From an archaeon (GTDB lineage Archaea > Nanobdellota > Nanobdellia > Pacearchaeales > UBA284): 58,461 nt of DNA. Positions 38,310 to 45,966 of the stretch are shown here, piece after piece. Position numbers and translations under genes: made by a program. Numbering within the stretch: position 1 is the stretch's first letter; every line of letters starts with the position of its first letter. The notes under the pieces are model-generated. The model saw only the letters and a program-made list of their open reading frames with translations. It was not told the DNA's origin and ran no database searches. Location of the stretch: contig JAUWNL010000002.1 in NCBI GenBank assembly GCA_030612665.1, forward strand, positions 1 through 58,461, given 5' to 3'.

Positions 38310-38393
38310 TGCGGGAGACAGGACTCGAACCTGCGTAGGCACTAAGCCACATGGTTTTGAGCCATGCCCGTTTGACCACTCCGGCACTCCCGC
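38310..38393 (-). tRNA. tRNA-Leu (anticodon CAA), class II with long variable arm
   Basis: Reverse complement GCGGGAG...CATGG-CTCAAAA-CCATG...GGTTCGAGTCC...CTCCCGC-A. Confidence 0.9.
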
Positions 38394-38410
38394 ATAAAAA
38401 AACAATATCA

Positions 38411-38423
38411 AGAAGGCTTTTAA
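38411..38423 (-). promoter_or_regulatory. archaeal TATA/BRE-like promoter of tRNA-Leu(CAA)
   Basis: The minus-strand motif TTAAAAGCCTTCT has its TATA-like TTAAAA 25 nt upstream of the tRNA 5' end. The identical motif at identical spacing lies upstream of the second tRNA-Leu (44647..44659). Confidence 0.55.
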
Positions 38424-38432
38424 GGTTTTTGC

Positions 38433-38523
38433 AAGGACAAAAAGGATCTAGGTGGCCTCCCGAAGAAGACCGTCAGCAAGCACCGAGGTGCTAAACTGTA
38501 AATCCCAGATTATCCTTGTCCTT
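38433..38523 (-). ncRNA. unassigned GC-rich structured RNA candidate (~90 nt); strand inferred
   Basis: A GC-rich island in AT-rich DNA, closed by AAGGACA (38433-38439) pairing with TGTCCTT (38517-38523). On the minus strand there is a 7-bp hairpin with a UUCG tetraloop (38454-38471) and a 5-bp hairpin AGCAC-CUCG-GUGCU (38479-38492). Confidence 0.35.
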
Positions 38524-38584
38524 ACATTTCCACAAGAACAAAGAACTATATAAAATTTTCTCTAAAAATAAGCTCTGGCAAAGA

Positions 38585-38592
38585 TTTAAAAA
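38585..38592 (+). promoter_or_regulatory. TATA-like box upstream of 5S rRNA
   Basis: TTTAAAAA ends about 21 nt upstream of the inferred 5S 5' end. Confidence 0.3.
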
Positions 38593-38612
38593 TCTATAAT
38601 ATTCCTTATTCT

Positions 38613-38726
<114 letters not shown>

Positions 38727-38748
38727 CTTATCTTATTATATTCTAAAA

Positions 38749-39027
38749 ATGAGGAATAAAGTTAATAAACAGGTTCTAGAAAAAATTAGTTTTCTTTTTC
38801 AAAAAGCAAAGAAAACAAAGAACAACCAGCTCTCGAAAAGATATGTTACATTAGCAAGACAAATAGCTAAAAGAACAAATACAAAATTGCCAAAAAACCT
38901 AAGACGCATGTTTTGTCATAAATGTAATACTATTTTCTCTGGAAAAACATCTCAAAGAAGAATAAAGCATAAAAAAGTCTCGATAAAATGCCTTGTTTGT
39001 GGCAATTATACAAGATACAAGATTTAA
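38749..39027 (+). CDS. rnp4: RNase P protein component 4 (Rpr2/Rpp21 family)
   Basis: LSKRYVTLARQIAKR followed by a zinc ribbon, CHKC-x24-CLVC. The ATG at 38749 was chosen because the longer ORF overlaps the 5S rRNA. Confidence 0.75.
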   Translation: MRNKVNKQVLEKISFLFQKAKKTKNNQLSKRYVTLARQIAKRTNTKLPKNLRRMFCHKCNTIFSGKTSQRRIKHKKVSIKCLVCGNYTRYKI

Positions 39028-39054
39028 AATAAATGTGAAAGGAGGAAAATAAAA

Positions 39055-39225
39055 ATGAGTGTTGGATTTTTAAATTTGGGAATAGCAAGCTCTGGAAATA
39101 TTATTCTGGGAATTTTGGCGATATTGGTTGGAATCCTTGTTCTGGCTTTTCCAAAATTGCTTAGGATTTTCTTAGGAGCTTATTTTATAATAGCTGGAAT
39201 TATAGCTATAATATCAATGGCTTAG
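39055..39225 (+). CDS. small two-helix membrane protein (DUF3096-like); below the ORF-track size cut-off
   Basis: Hand translation gives MSVGFLNLGIASSGNIILGILAILVGILVLAFPKLLRIFLGAYFIIAGIIAIISMA. GGAGG lies 9 nt upstream of the ATG. Confidence 0.4.
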   Translation: MSVGFLNLGIASSGNIILGILAILVGILVLAFPKLLRIFLGAYFIIAGIIAIISMA

Positions 39226-39240
39226 AAAGAATAAATAAAA

Positions 39241-39438
39241 TTAGAATTTTTTGAATTTGCTTATTAATTCAAGAAGATCTTCATGTCCAAGAAAAACTGC
39301 CCTACAACAATAACGCTCAAGACCAAGGTCATCTAGAACTTTCTTTGGATTTTCTCCTGCTTTTACTCTAGATTTAAATTTTTCCCAGAGGTGGCCAATG
39401 GGCTTACCACACGAAAAACAGGAAATTGGAATTATCAT
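39241..39438 (-). CDS. rpoN: DNA-directed RNA polymerase subunit N (Rpo10)
   Basis: 65 aa. MIIPISCFSCGKPIG ... RYCCR zinc-binding signature. Confidence 0.9.
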   Translation of the reverse strand: MIIPISCFSCGKPIGHLWEKFKSRVKAGENPKKVLDDLGLERYCCRAVFLGHEDLLELISKFKKF

Positions 39439-39505
39439 TTTTAATAATTATAATAATTTATAAATCATAATTGTATTTAAAAGTCTTTCTATTCTATATT
39501 CTTTT

Positions 39506-39545
39506 TATTTACTTTCTATTTGTTTCTATTTACTTTCTATTTGTT
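39506..39545. repeat. 19-bp direct repeat x2 (period 21 bp) containing phased TTCTATTT motifs
   Basis: TATTTACTTTCTATTTGTT occurs at 39506-39524 and 39527-39545, in the divergent rpoN/ABC intergenic region. Confidence 0.6.
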
Positions 39546-39591
39546 GTTCTTTTTTCAAAAGGTTTTTTAAATACATTATGTTGATAGATAT

Positions 39592-40296
39592 ATGGAGAAA
39601 GGGAAAAGAGGCAGAAAAAGTATAATAAAGATTAATGATGTTTGGAAAATATATGATCTTGGCGAGGTAAAAATTCCAGTCCTGAGAGGTTTAAATTTAG
39701 ATATCAAAAAAGGGGAATTTCTTGCTATAATGGGTCCATCTGGAAGTGGAAAAAGTACTGCCATGAACCTTATTGGATGTCTTGATTTGCCTACCAAAGG
39801 AACTGTATTTTTAGATGGGAAAGATATTTCTAAGCTTCATGAGTCTGCTCTTGCACAAATCCGCGGCCGTAAGATTGGATTTGTTTTTCAGCAATTTAAT
39901 TTAATTAATTCGCTCACTGCTCTTGGCAATGTAATGTTGCCTATGATTTTCCAGGAAATTCCTGGGGAAAAAAGAAAAGAAAGGGCGTTAAATTTATTAA
40001 CACAAGTTGGTTTGTCCAACCGAGTAAATCATTTGCCTACTCAACTTAGTGGTGGAGAGCAACAACGGGTGGCTCTCGCAAGGGCTCTAGCAAATAACCC
40101 TGAAATTGTTTTGGCTGATGAACCTACAGGAAACCTTGATAGCAAAACAGGAAAAGAGATAATAAAATTCCTCAAAGAACTTCATTCAAAAGAAAATAAA
40201 ACTGTGATTGTGATAACTCATGATAAAAATATTGCAAAACATGCAAAAAGAATTACACATTTGATGGATGGCAAGGTTGTAAAAGATGGGAGATAA
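39592..40296 (+). CDS. ABC transporter ATP-binding protein (MacB/LolD-like)
   Basis: Walker [10 protein letters not shown], signature LSGGEQQR, Walker [12 protein letters not shown]. Confidence 0.9.
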   Translation: MEKGKRGRKSIIKINDVWKIYDLGEVKIPVLRGLNLDIKKGEFLAIMGPSGSGKSTAMNLIGCLDLPTKGTVFLDGKDISKLHESALAQIRGRKIGFVFQQFNLINSLTALGNVMLPMIFQEIPGEKRKERALNLLTQVGLSNRVNHLPTQLSGGEQQRVALARALANNPEIVLADEPTGNLDSKTGKEIIKFLKELHSKENKTVIVITHDKNIAKHAKRITHLMDGKVVKDGR

Positions 40297-40317
40297 AAAG
40301 GGCATATAAATATAAAA

Positions 40318-41247
40318 ATGACAGATAAAAAAAGTAAAAAAATAATTTGTTTAGGGATGATTTTGATATTCTTTCTTCTTTTAGTTTCACAGGCAAATGC
40401 TGCAGACATTAGATATTATATACAAGAGAAATTAGCACATGGCCATGTTTTATATATAAAAGATGTGAGCACTGATCCTTATCCTATTGCTGCTGGTTCT
40501 CCAGCTAAATTAAAATTCAAAATAGAAAATACTGGTGTAAGTACTATCAAAGATATTAGGCTTACTCTTTCTTTGCCAGCACAATTTACTACCTTCAATG
40601 ACATCTCTAAAATAAAGTTAGCACAATTAGGGACAGGAGAATCAATAAATGTGGAGTTTAATATAATGGCTCTACCTGATGCAGAAGAAGGTGTATATCT
40701 TTCGTCGATATATTCTGAGTATATTAACCCAGTTGGGACAGATATTTCTGAAAATGTAACAATTGGTTTATCTCTTGGAGGTGTTCCACAAATCTTTTTA
40801 GAAATGGGCAGTTCTGAGGTTTATAAGGGAAATAATATAGGAGAAATAACTATAAAATTTGTTAATAATGACATCTCAAATATAAAATTTCTGACTGTTG
40901 AGCTTGAGGAAAGTGAAGATTTTGAAATATTAAGTGCTAGTAAGGAATATATTGGTGATCTTGATTCAGATGATTTTGAAACTGCTGATTTTAGAATAAA
41001 AGTAACAGCAAGAAAAGATCAAATAGAATTACCCTTATCTATAACTTATAAAGATTCTCTTAATAGAGAATATAATAAAAAATTAAATGTTTTCTTGCCT
41101 ATGAGGACTGCAGCAGAATTAGGGATAGGAAGTGACAATACTCTTTTAATTTTTATAATTATTGCAATAGTAATTGTCGTAGCATACATTATATTCAAGA
41201 GATATAAGAGAATGAAGAAAAAGAAAAATGCTAAGCGACTACATTAA
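40318..41247 (+). CDS. secreted, C-terminally anchored beta-rich protein (CARDB / S-layer-domain-like)
   Basis: N-terminal signal/TM (IICLGMILIFFLLLVSQANA), repeated beta-rich modules, and a C-terminal TM helix plus a KRYKRMKKKK tail. Sits between the ABC ATPase and the permease. Confidence 0.4.
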   Translation: MTDKKSKKIICLGMILIFFLLLVSQANAADIRYYIQEKLAHGHVLYIKDVSTDPYPIAAGSPAKLKFKIENTGVSTIKDIRLTLSLPAQFTTFNDISKIKLAQLGTGESINVEFNIMALPDAEEGVYLSSIYSEYINPVGTDISENVTIGLSLGGVPQIFLEMGSSEVYKGNNIGEITIKFVNNDISNIKFLTVELEESEDFEILSASKEYIGDLDSDDFETADFRIKVTARKDQIELPLSITYKDSLNREYNKKLNVFLPMRTAAELGIGSDNTLLIFIIIAIVIVVAYIIFKRYKRMKKKKNAKRLH

Positions 41248-42436
41248 GTTTTCTTTTGATAGTTTAAGGCATCGTAAGCTTAGGTCTTGGCTTACTATGA
41301 TTGGTATTTTTATTGGAATAGCTGCTGTTGTAGCTCTAATTTCTATTAGCCAGGGTATGCAAACAACAATAACAGAACAATTTGAGATGATGGGCACTAA
41401 CAAAATAATGGTTATGCCTGGCGGAGGGGCAATGTTTGGGATGTTTGGAGGTGGAGAGCTTAATGCAGATGATTTAGATGCAGTAGGAAAAGCAGATGGT
41501 GTTGATATTTCTGCGGAAATGTATTATGAATCTGGGAATATAAAATTCAGTGATGAAACAAAAAACACTTTTATTATTGGTCTACCTACAGATGAAACTC
41601 TTGAAATTATTGAAAATATGCAAGGATTTGATATAGAAAAAGGTAGAGATCTTAAATCAGGTGATAGATATAAGATTACAATAGGATGGCTTCTTTGGGA
41701 AGGGGATTTTTTTGAGAAGAGTGTGGATTTAAGAGACAAAGTTGAAATTGAAGGCCAAGAATTTAGTGTGGTTGGTTTAGTATCGAGAATAGGAAATAAT
41801 GCAGATGATTCACAAGTTTATATTCCTCTTGAGACTGCAAGAGAAATACTTGATGAGCCAAAGGAAATTTCTACAATTTTTGTGGAAATAAAAGAGAGTT
41901 ATGAAGTTGATGATGTGGCAGAAAATATCAAAGAAGAGTTAAGAGACAGCAGAGATGAAGATGAAGGAGAAGAAACATTTAGTGTACAAACCTTTGAACA
42001 ATTACTTGAACAATTTAATGATATTTTGGGAATAGTAAGTATTGTTTTGATTGGAATTGCAGCAATCTCCATAGTTGTTGGAGGTGTTGGGATAATGAAT
42101 ACAATGTACACAAGTGTATTAGAAAGAACAAAAGAAATTGGAATTATGAAAGCTGTTGGTGCTAAAAATTCAAATGTAATGACTTTATTCTTAATAGAAT
42201 CTGGAATGATTGGTCTGGCTGGAGGGATAATTGGAATAGGAATTGGTATTGGATTATCTAAAATTGTTGAAATTATTGCTGCACAAGCAGGTTTGCTTCC
42301 TATTAAAGCTTATCTTGGTGCTCCTCTTTTGTTAGGAGCATTAGCATTTTCTTTTATAATTGGAGCAGCTTCAGGAACACTTCCAGCAATGCAAGCTTCA
42401 AAAATGAAGCCAGTAGATGCACTAAGATACGAATAG
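41228..42436 (+). CDS. ABC transporter permease, FtsX/MacB family
   Basis: N-terminal TM helix, large extracytoplasmic domain, then a C-terminal FtsX-like 3-TM bundle (ERTKEIGIMKAVGAK). Confidence 0.85.
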   Translation: MLSDYIKFSFDSLRHRKLRSWLTMIGIFIGIAAVVALISISQGMQTTITEQFEMMGTNKIMVMPGGGAMFGMFGGGELNADDLDAVGKADGVDISAEMYYESGNIKFSDETKNTFIIGLPTDETLEIIENMQGFDIEKGRDLKSGDRYKITIGWLLWEGDFFEKSVDLRDKVEIEGQEFSVVGLVSRIGNNADDSQVYIPLETAREILDEPKEISTIFVEIKESYEVDDVAENIKEELRDSRDEDEGEETFSVQTFEQLLEQFNDILGIVSIVLIGIAAISIVVGGVGIMNTMYTSVLERTKEIGIMKAVGAKNSNVMTLFLIESGMIGLAGGIIGIGIGIGLSKIVEIIAAQAGLLPIKAYLGAPLLLGALAFSFIIGAASGTLPAMQASKMKPVDALRYE

Positions 42437-42442
42437 TATCTG

Positions 42443-42472
42443 GTGCCCCAAAAACTTTGTTTTTAAGGGCAC
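42443..42472. terminator. extended hairpin between convergent genes (possible bidirectional terminator)
   Basis: GTGCCC (42443-48) pairs with GGGCAC (42467-72). The inner stem is AAAAAC-TTT-GTTTTT. Confidence 0.3.
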
Positions 42473-43026
42473 TAAGATATGAATAATCCTTTCACTTGCA
42501 ACCATGCTTTAGTTTGCAACCATGAATTCCAGAAAAATTGATCAACCCCTAAAGAATGGAAAAGTATTTCTAAAATAATTTTAGGAACTGAGACAATAAG
42601 AAGAACAGTGACAAGATTTTTTTTGGTTAATTCAAATTTTTTCCAAAATATTTTTGTAAAAGTAATAAACACAAAGAAAAATTCAAATATGTTTGGGAAA
42701 ATTACAAGAAATATATGGTTATTAGTTATTTCAAATAAAATAATTCCTACTGCTCTGATTGAAAATAAAACAAGGCAAGTATATTTTTCTAATTTTTTAA
42801 AACGTAGAGAAACTATTGCGGCGATTGCAAGCATATAGAAATCTAGCCATTTATCAAAAAAATGATAATTTGCCCCAAATCCTCCTCCAAGAAGATCAAC
42901 TAATGTACAATCTGCATATGCATCAGCTAACATTGCTGCAACATATCCAAAAAAAGGAGATATAAAAGTAAATAATGGAACAATCAAACGAATTAACAAT
43001 GAAAGGATTATTGGGTCAATCATCAT
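42472..43026 (-). CDS. hypothetical polytopic membrane protein
   Basis: 184 aa with 5-6 hydrophobic helices; no recognisable motif. Confidence 0.4.
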   Translation of the reverse strand: MMIDPIILSLLIRLIVPLFTFISPFFGYVAAMLADAYADCTLVDLLGGGFGANYHFFDKWLDFYMLAIAAIVSLRFKKLEKYTCLVLFSIRAVGIILFEITNNHIFLVIFPNIFEFFFVFITFTKIFWKKFELTKKNLVTVLLIVSVPKIILEILFHSLGVDQFFWNSWLQTKAWLQVKGLFIS

Positions 43027-43062
43027 AATTTATAATTAAAAAGGATAATTAATGATTAATGA

Positions 43063-43530
43063 CTAACGATAGGATTTTTGTCTTCTTGATCTTGCTTTAC
43101 TATCATTAGGCTTGCATTGTTCCTTGCGTCTAATGTCAGCTACAAGGAGAGATCTGTCATATCTCAAAAAAGCATTTCTTAACTCATTACTTTTTGAAAA
43201 ATTAAATAAGGCTCTTGCCATTGCAAGTCGCGCTGCATCAATTTGACTTTCTGTACCAGAACCTTTGACATTTATCTTTATATCAATCTGATTTAATTTA
43301 TCGCCAAGAATAGGTTTTGCTATTTCAATTGGTTCTGAGAGAGTTAATTTATGAAATCTTGAAAAAGTTTCGAGGGGTCTTTTGTTTATTATTATTTTAC
43401 CAGTTCCAGGAACAATTCTTGCTTTAGCAACAGCCCTCTTTCTCTTGCCTGTAATGATTATCTTTTCTTCCTTCTTTGCTTTTGCTTTGGCTTTCTCTTT
43501 TTTTGTTTTTGTTGTTCTTTTTTTTATCAT
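43063..43530 (-). CDS. rps9: 30S ribosomal protein uS9
   Basis: GTGKIIINKRPLE and the C-terminal ARSRRQKSYR. Lys-rich N-terminal extension. Confidence 0.9.
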   Translation of the reverse strand: MIKKRTTKTKKEKAKAKAKKEEKIIITGKRKRAVAKARIVPGTGKIIINKRPLETFSRFHKLTLSEPIEIAKPILGDKLNQIDIKINVKGSGTESQIDAARLAMARALFNFSKSNELRNAFLRYDRSLLVADIRRKEQCKPNDSKARSRRQKSYR

Positions 43531-43601
43531 TTTATTTTTATCTTGCTTTTATTTTTGTGTCTTTGTTTTTTATTTTTTTATTTTTATTCTTTGTTTTATT
43601 C

Positions 43602-44054
43602 TTATTCTTTGTTTTGTTTTCCAATTAAGATACAAATATCTTTTAATTTTAAAAAGTTGATTGCATCTGCTTTTGCGACTATAATCTTCTCGCTTGTTTT
43701 ATATTTTTCTGGAATATCCTTAAAGCATAAGATCCTTCTAAGAGCTTCTCTGCCTTTAGTTTTTTTCCTAGGTAACATCCCCCTAATAATTCTTCTCATA
43801 ATCCTGTCTGAAACACGGGAAAAATGAGGTCCTTTCTGCCCAGCATGACCAAGAATAAATCTATTTCTATATCTTAAAAGAATGTCTTTTTTCTTTCCAA
43901 TAATGACAATATCATTGCAATTAAGAATAATTATCTTGCTGCCTTGAAGGGCTTTTTTAGCTACAAATGAAGCTATGCGGCCTGCTACGCAGGCCTTACC
44001 ATCAATAATAATCTCTTTTGTTTGTTCTGCTTTTTTTGTTTGTTCTTGGGTCAT
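43602..44054 (-). CDS. rpl13: 50S ribosomal protein uL13
   Basis: IIDGKACVAGRIASFVAKKALQG, and the conserved position between L18e and S9. Confidence 0.85.
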   Translation of the reverse strand: MTQEQTKKAEQTKEIIIDGKACVAGRIASFVAKKALQGSKIIILNCNDIVIIGKKKDILLRYRNRFILGHAGQKGPHFSRVSDRIMRRIIRGMLPRKKTKGREALRRILCFKDIPEKYKTSEKIIVAKADAINFLKLKDICILIGKQNKE

Positions 44055-44100
44055 TTTATTTTTTTATATTATTACTTTAAATTATGATTTATATTATGAT

Positions 44101-44493
44101 TTATATTATGATTTTAAACTTAACTTCTTTATCTCCAGATGCAAGTTCTTTTATTGTTTTTATTTCACACTTACATTGTTTTAATTTTTTTAATGCTATA
44201 TCTGAGAATGAAAAGGCAGCAATTGTTATTTTATGATTTATTTCACCCTGACTAAGTACTTTTCCCGGGATAATAATAATGTCTTTTTCTTTACTAAATT
44301 TGTTTATTTTGAATATATTTACAGAAGCTTGTTTTCTTTTTGGTTTTGCAAGTAAATAAGCAAGATAAATCCAATCCCCTTGTTTTTTCTTTAATAAAAG
44401 GATAAGTTCTCTAAGAGAACTGTCTGTCTTACGCTGCATTGCTTTCTCTATCTTTGTTTTACTTATCTTCTTTTTCTTTGATTTTAATGCCAT
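44101..44493 (-). CDS. rpl18e: 50S ribosomal protein L18e
   Basis: 130 aa and basic, in the conserved archaeal position between rpoD and rpl13. The ending VLSQGEINHKITIAAFSFS is typical of L18e/L15 folds. Confidence 0.7.
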   Translation of the reverse strand: MALKSKKKKISKTKIEKAMQRKTDSSLRELILLLKKKQGDWIYLAYLLAKPKRKQASVNIFKINKFSKEKDIIIIPGKVLSQGEINHKITIAAFSFSDIALKKLKQCKCEIKTIKELASGDKEVKFKIII

Positions 44494-44545
44494 CTTTAAT
44501 TATATTAGCTTTTTTTTGGAGATATTTAAAGCTATCGAATGAAAA

Positions 44546-44629
44546 TGCGGAAGACAGGACTCGAACCTGCGTAGACACTAAGTCACATGGTCCTTAGCCA
44601 TGCCCGTTTGACCACTCCGGCACTCCCGC
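44546..44629 (-). tRNA. tRNA-Leu with anticodon AAG (A34), class II
   Basis: Reverse complement GCGGGAG...CATGG-CTAAGGA-CCATG...GGTTCGAGTCC...CTTCCGC-A. It is a near copy of tRNA-Leu(CAA) at 38310..38393. Confidence 0.8.
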
Positions 44630-44646
44630 ATACAAGAACTATAATG

Positions 44647-44659
44647 AGAAGGCTTTTAA
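44647..44659 (-). promoter_or_regulatory. archaeal TATA/BRE-like promoter of tRNA-Leu(AAG)
   Basis: Minus-strand TTAAAAGCCTTCT with its TATA-like TTAAAA 25 nt upstream of the tRNA 5' end, identical to 38411..38423. Confidence 0.55.
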
Positions 44660-44686
44660 AACTTTTTTAAATTCTATTAAATCTTG

Positions 44687-45478
44687 TTAAATCTTATTGA
44701 TTTGTTTAGAAAGATTATTAAGATTTTTATCGAGAGTCTTGACACTATCAATCAAAATTTCTTTAGGACTTAGTTGTCCCCAAGATTCTACTGTAAAAAT
44801 AAAATCTGTTTCACTTGGGCTGATTTTTAAAGTATATTTTGCTTTTGTTTTTTCTTTATTTCTGTATTCTTCAACACAAGCTTCACATAAATCACATTTA
44901 AGTGGATCTATCTTTACTTTGCCTTTTTCTTCTTTAATTGCTTTGAGAGGACAAATTTTTATTAATTCTTTTGGTAATTCTCCTTTTGACTCTATTATTG
45001 GATAAGAATTATAAAAAACAAGGCCTGGGGAAAATTTAGCATGTTCTTTTCCTTTTCCAAGGATTGCTTGGGCAGCTAATTCAAGCTGTTGGTCTTTTGC
45101 GAGAATTACGAGTGGCATTTCTTTGTAAATAATTTCTGCGCCACGTACTTTAAAGTCTTTAGCATATACAGTACACGGACCTATTGCTTTGAGTTTTAAA
45201 GCAACACTACATTTGATACATCCTTTGCCCTTACAACTACATTTATCTTTCTCGCCAAAGCTTTTGTCTGTTTTTAATGGAACAAGACCTAAACGGTGGG
45301 CTAGAATTTCGTCAGATAAAGCTGAATCATTTTTATAAAATTCTACTGTATCTATGGCAAGGATTAGAATTTCCTGAGCAGTCCTTCGAAGTGCGTTAGC
45401 CAGACTATAATTTATTTCTTTGACTAGGAATTTGATTTTATTTTCTTGTTTGGATATTTTTTGAATTGATATTGTCAT
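44687..45478 (-). CDS. rpoD: DNA-directed RNA polymerase subunit D (Rpo3) with ferredoxin-like Cys cluster
   Basis: ANALRR region (LANALRRTAQEI), a Cys cluster CPLKAI...CDLCEACVEE, and the conserved position after S11. Confidence 0.85.
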   Translation of the reverse strand: MTISIQKISKQENKIKFLVKEINYSLANALRRTAQEILILAIDTVEFYKNDSALSDEILAHRLGLVPLKTDKSFGEKDKCSCKGKGCIKCSVALKLKAIGPCTVYAKDFKVRGAEIIYKEMPLVILAKDQQLELAAQAILGKGKEHAKFSPGLVFYNSYPIIESKGELPKELIKICPLKAIKEEKGKVKIDPLKCDLCEACVEEYRNKEKTKAKYTLKISPSETDFIFTVESWGQLSPKEILIDSVKTLDKNLNNLSKQINKI

Positions 45479-45518
45479 TTTTCTTGTTCTTTTATGTTTA
45501 TTTTTGTTTATTATTTAT

Positions 45519-45914
45519 TTAAACCCTTCTTCCTCTTCTTCCTCCTTTAGGTTTTGGGCCTCCTCTTGGTATTGGAGTAGTATCTGTGATATTTAAAATT
45601 TTCAATTTTTCCCTTGCTAGACTTTTAATAGCTGCATTAGCTCCAGGTCCGGGATTTGGAGCTAATTTTCCCCCTCTTCCTGAAACATAAATAAAAATAC
45701 TTTTAATTCCAAAATCTTTTGCTTGTGCAGCAGCTTTTTTAGCTACAAACATTGCAACAGTTGGATTAGCTTTTAATCTGCTGTGTTTAGTTACTTGGCC
45801 TCCTGAAACTCTGGAAACTGTGTTGCCAGCCATATCAGTAATATGAACAATTGTATTATTATAAGTTGCATAGATATATACAATTCCAGATCCTTCTAAT
45901 TTTCTTTCAGTCAT
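45519..45914 (-). CDS. rps11: 30S ribosomal protein uS11
   Basis: GIVYIYATYNNTIVHITD and the C-terminal ITDTTPIPRGGPKPKGGRRGRRV. Confidence 0.9.
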   Translation of the reverse strand: MTERKLEGSGIVYIYATYNNTIVHITDMAGNTVSRVSGGQVTKHSRLKANPTVAMFVAKKAAAQAKDFGIKSIFIYVSGRGGKLAPNPGPGANAAIKSLAREKLKILNITDTTPIPRGGPKPKGGRRGRRV

Positions 45915-45966
45915 TTTATTTTTTCTCTTCTTTCTTTTCTTCCTTTTTTTCTTCTTGTTTAGGTTT

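Noticed and set aside
38185-38379. 64-aa minus-strand ORF from the ORF track.
   Set aside because: It runs through tRNA-Leu(CAA) and into the pdaD start region, so it is not credible as a gene.
44081-44116. 12-bp tandem repeat ATTATGATTTAT x3 at the rpl13/rpl18e junction.
   Set aside because: It is too short and AT-rich to be CRISPR-like. It is probably slippage in an intergenic spacer that overlaps the L18e stop. It is noted but has no evident function.
43382-44184. Plus-strand Phe/Leu/Cys-rich ORFs (43382-43660, 43543-43827, 43975-44184).
   Set aside because: They lie opposite the uS9, uL13 and L18e genes. They translate T-rich low-complexity DNA and are shadow ORFs.
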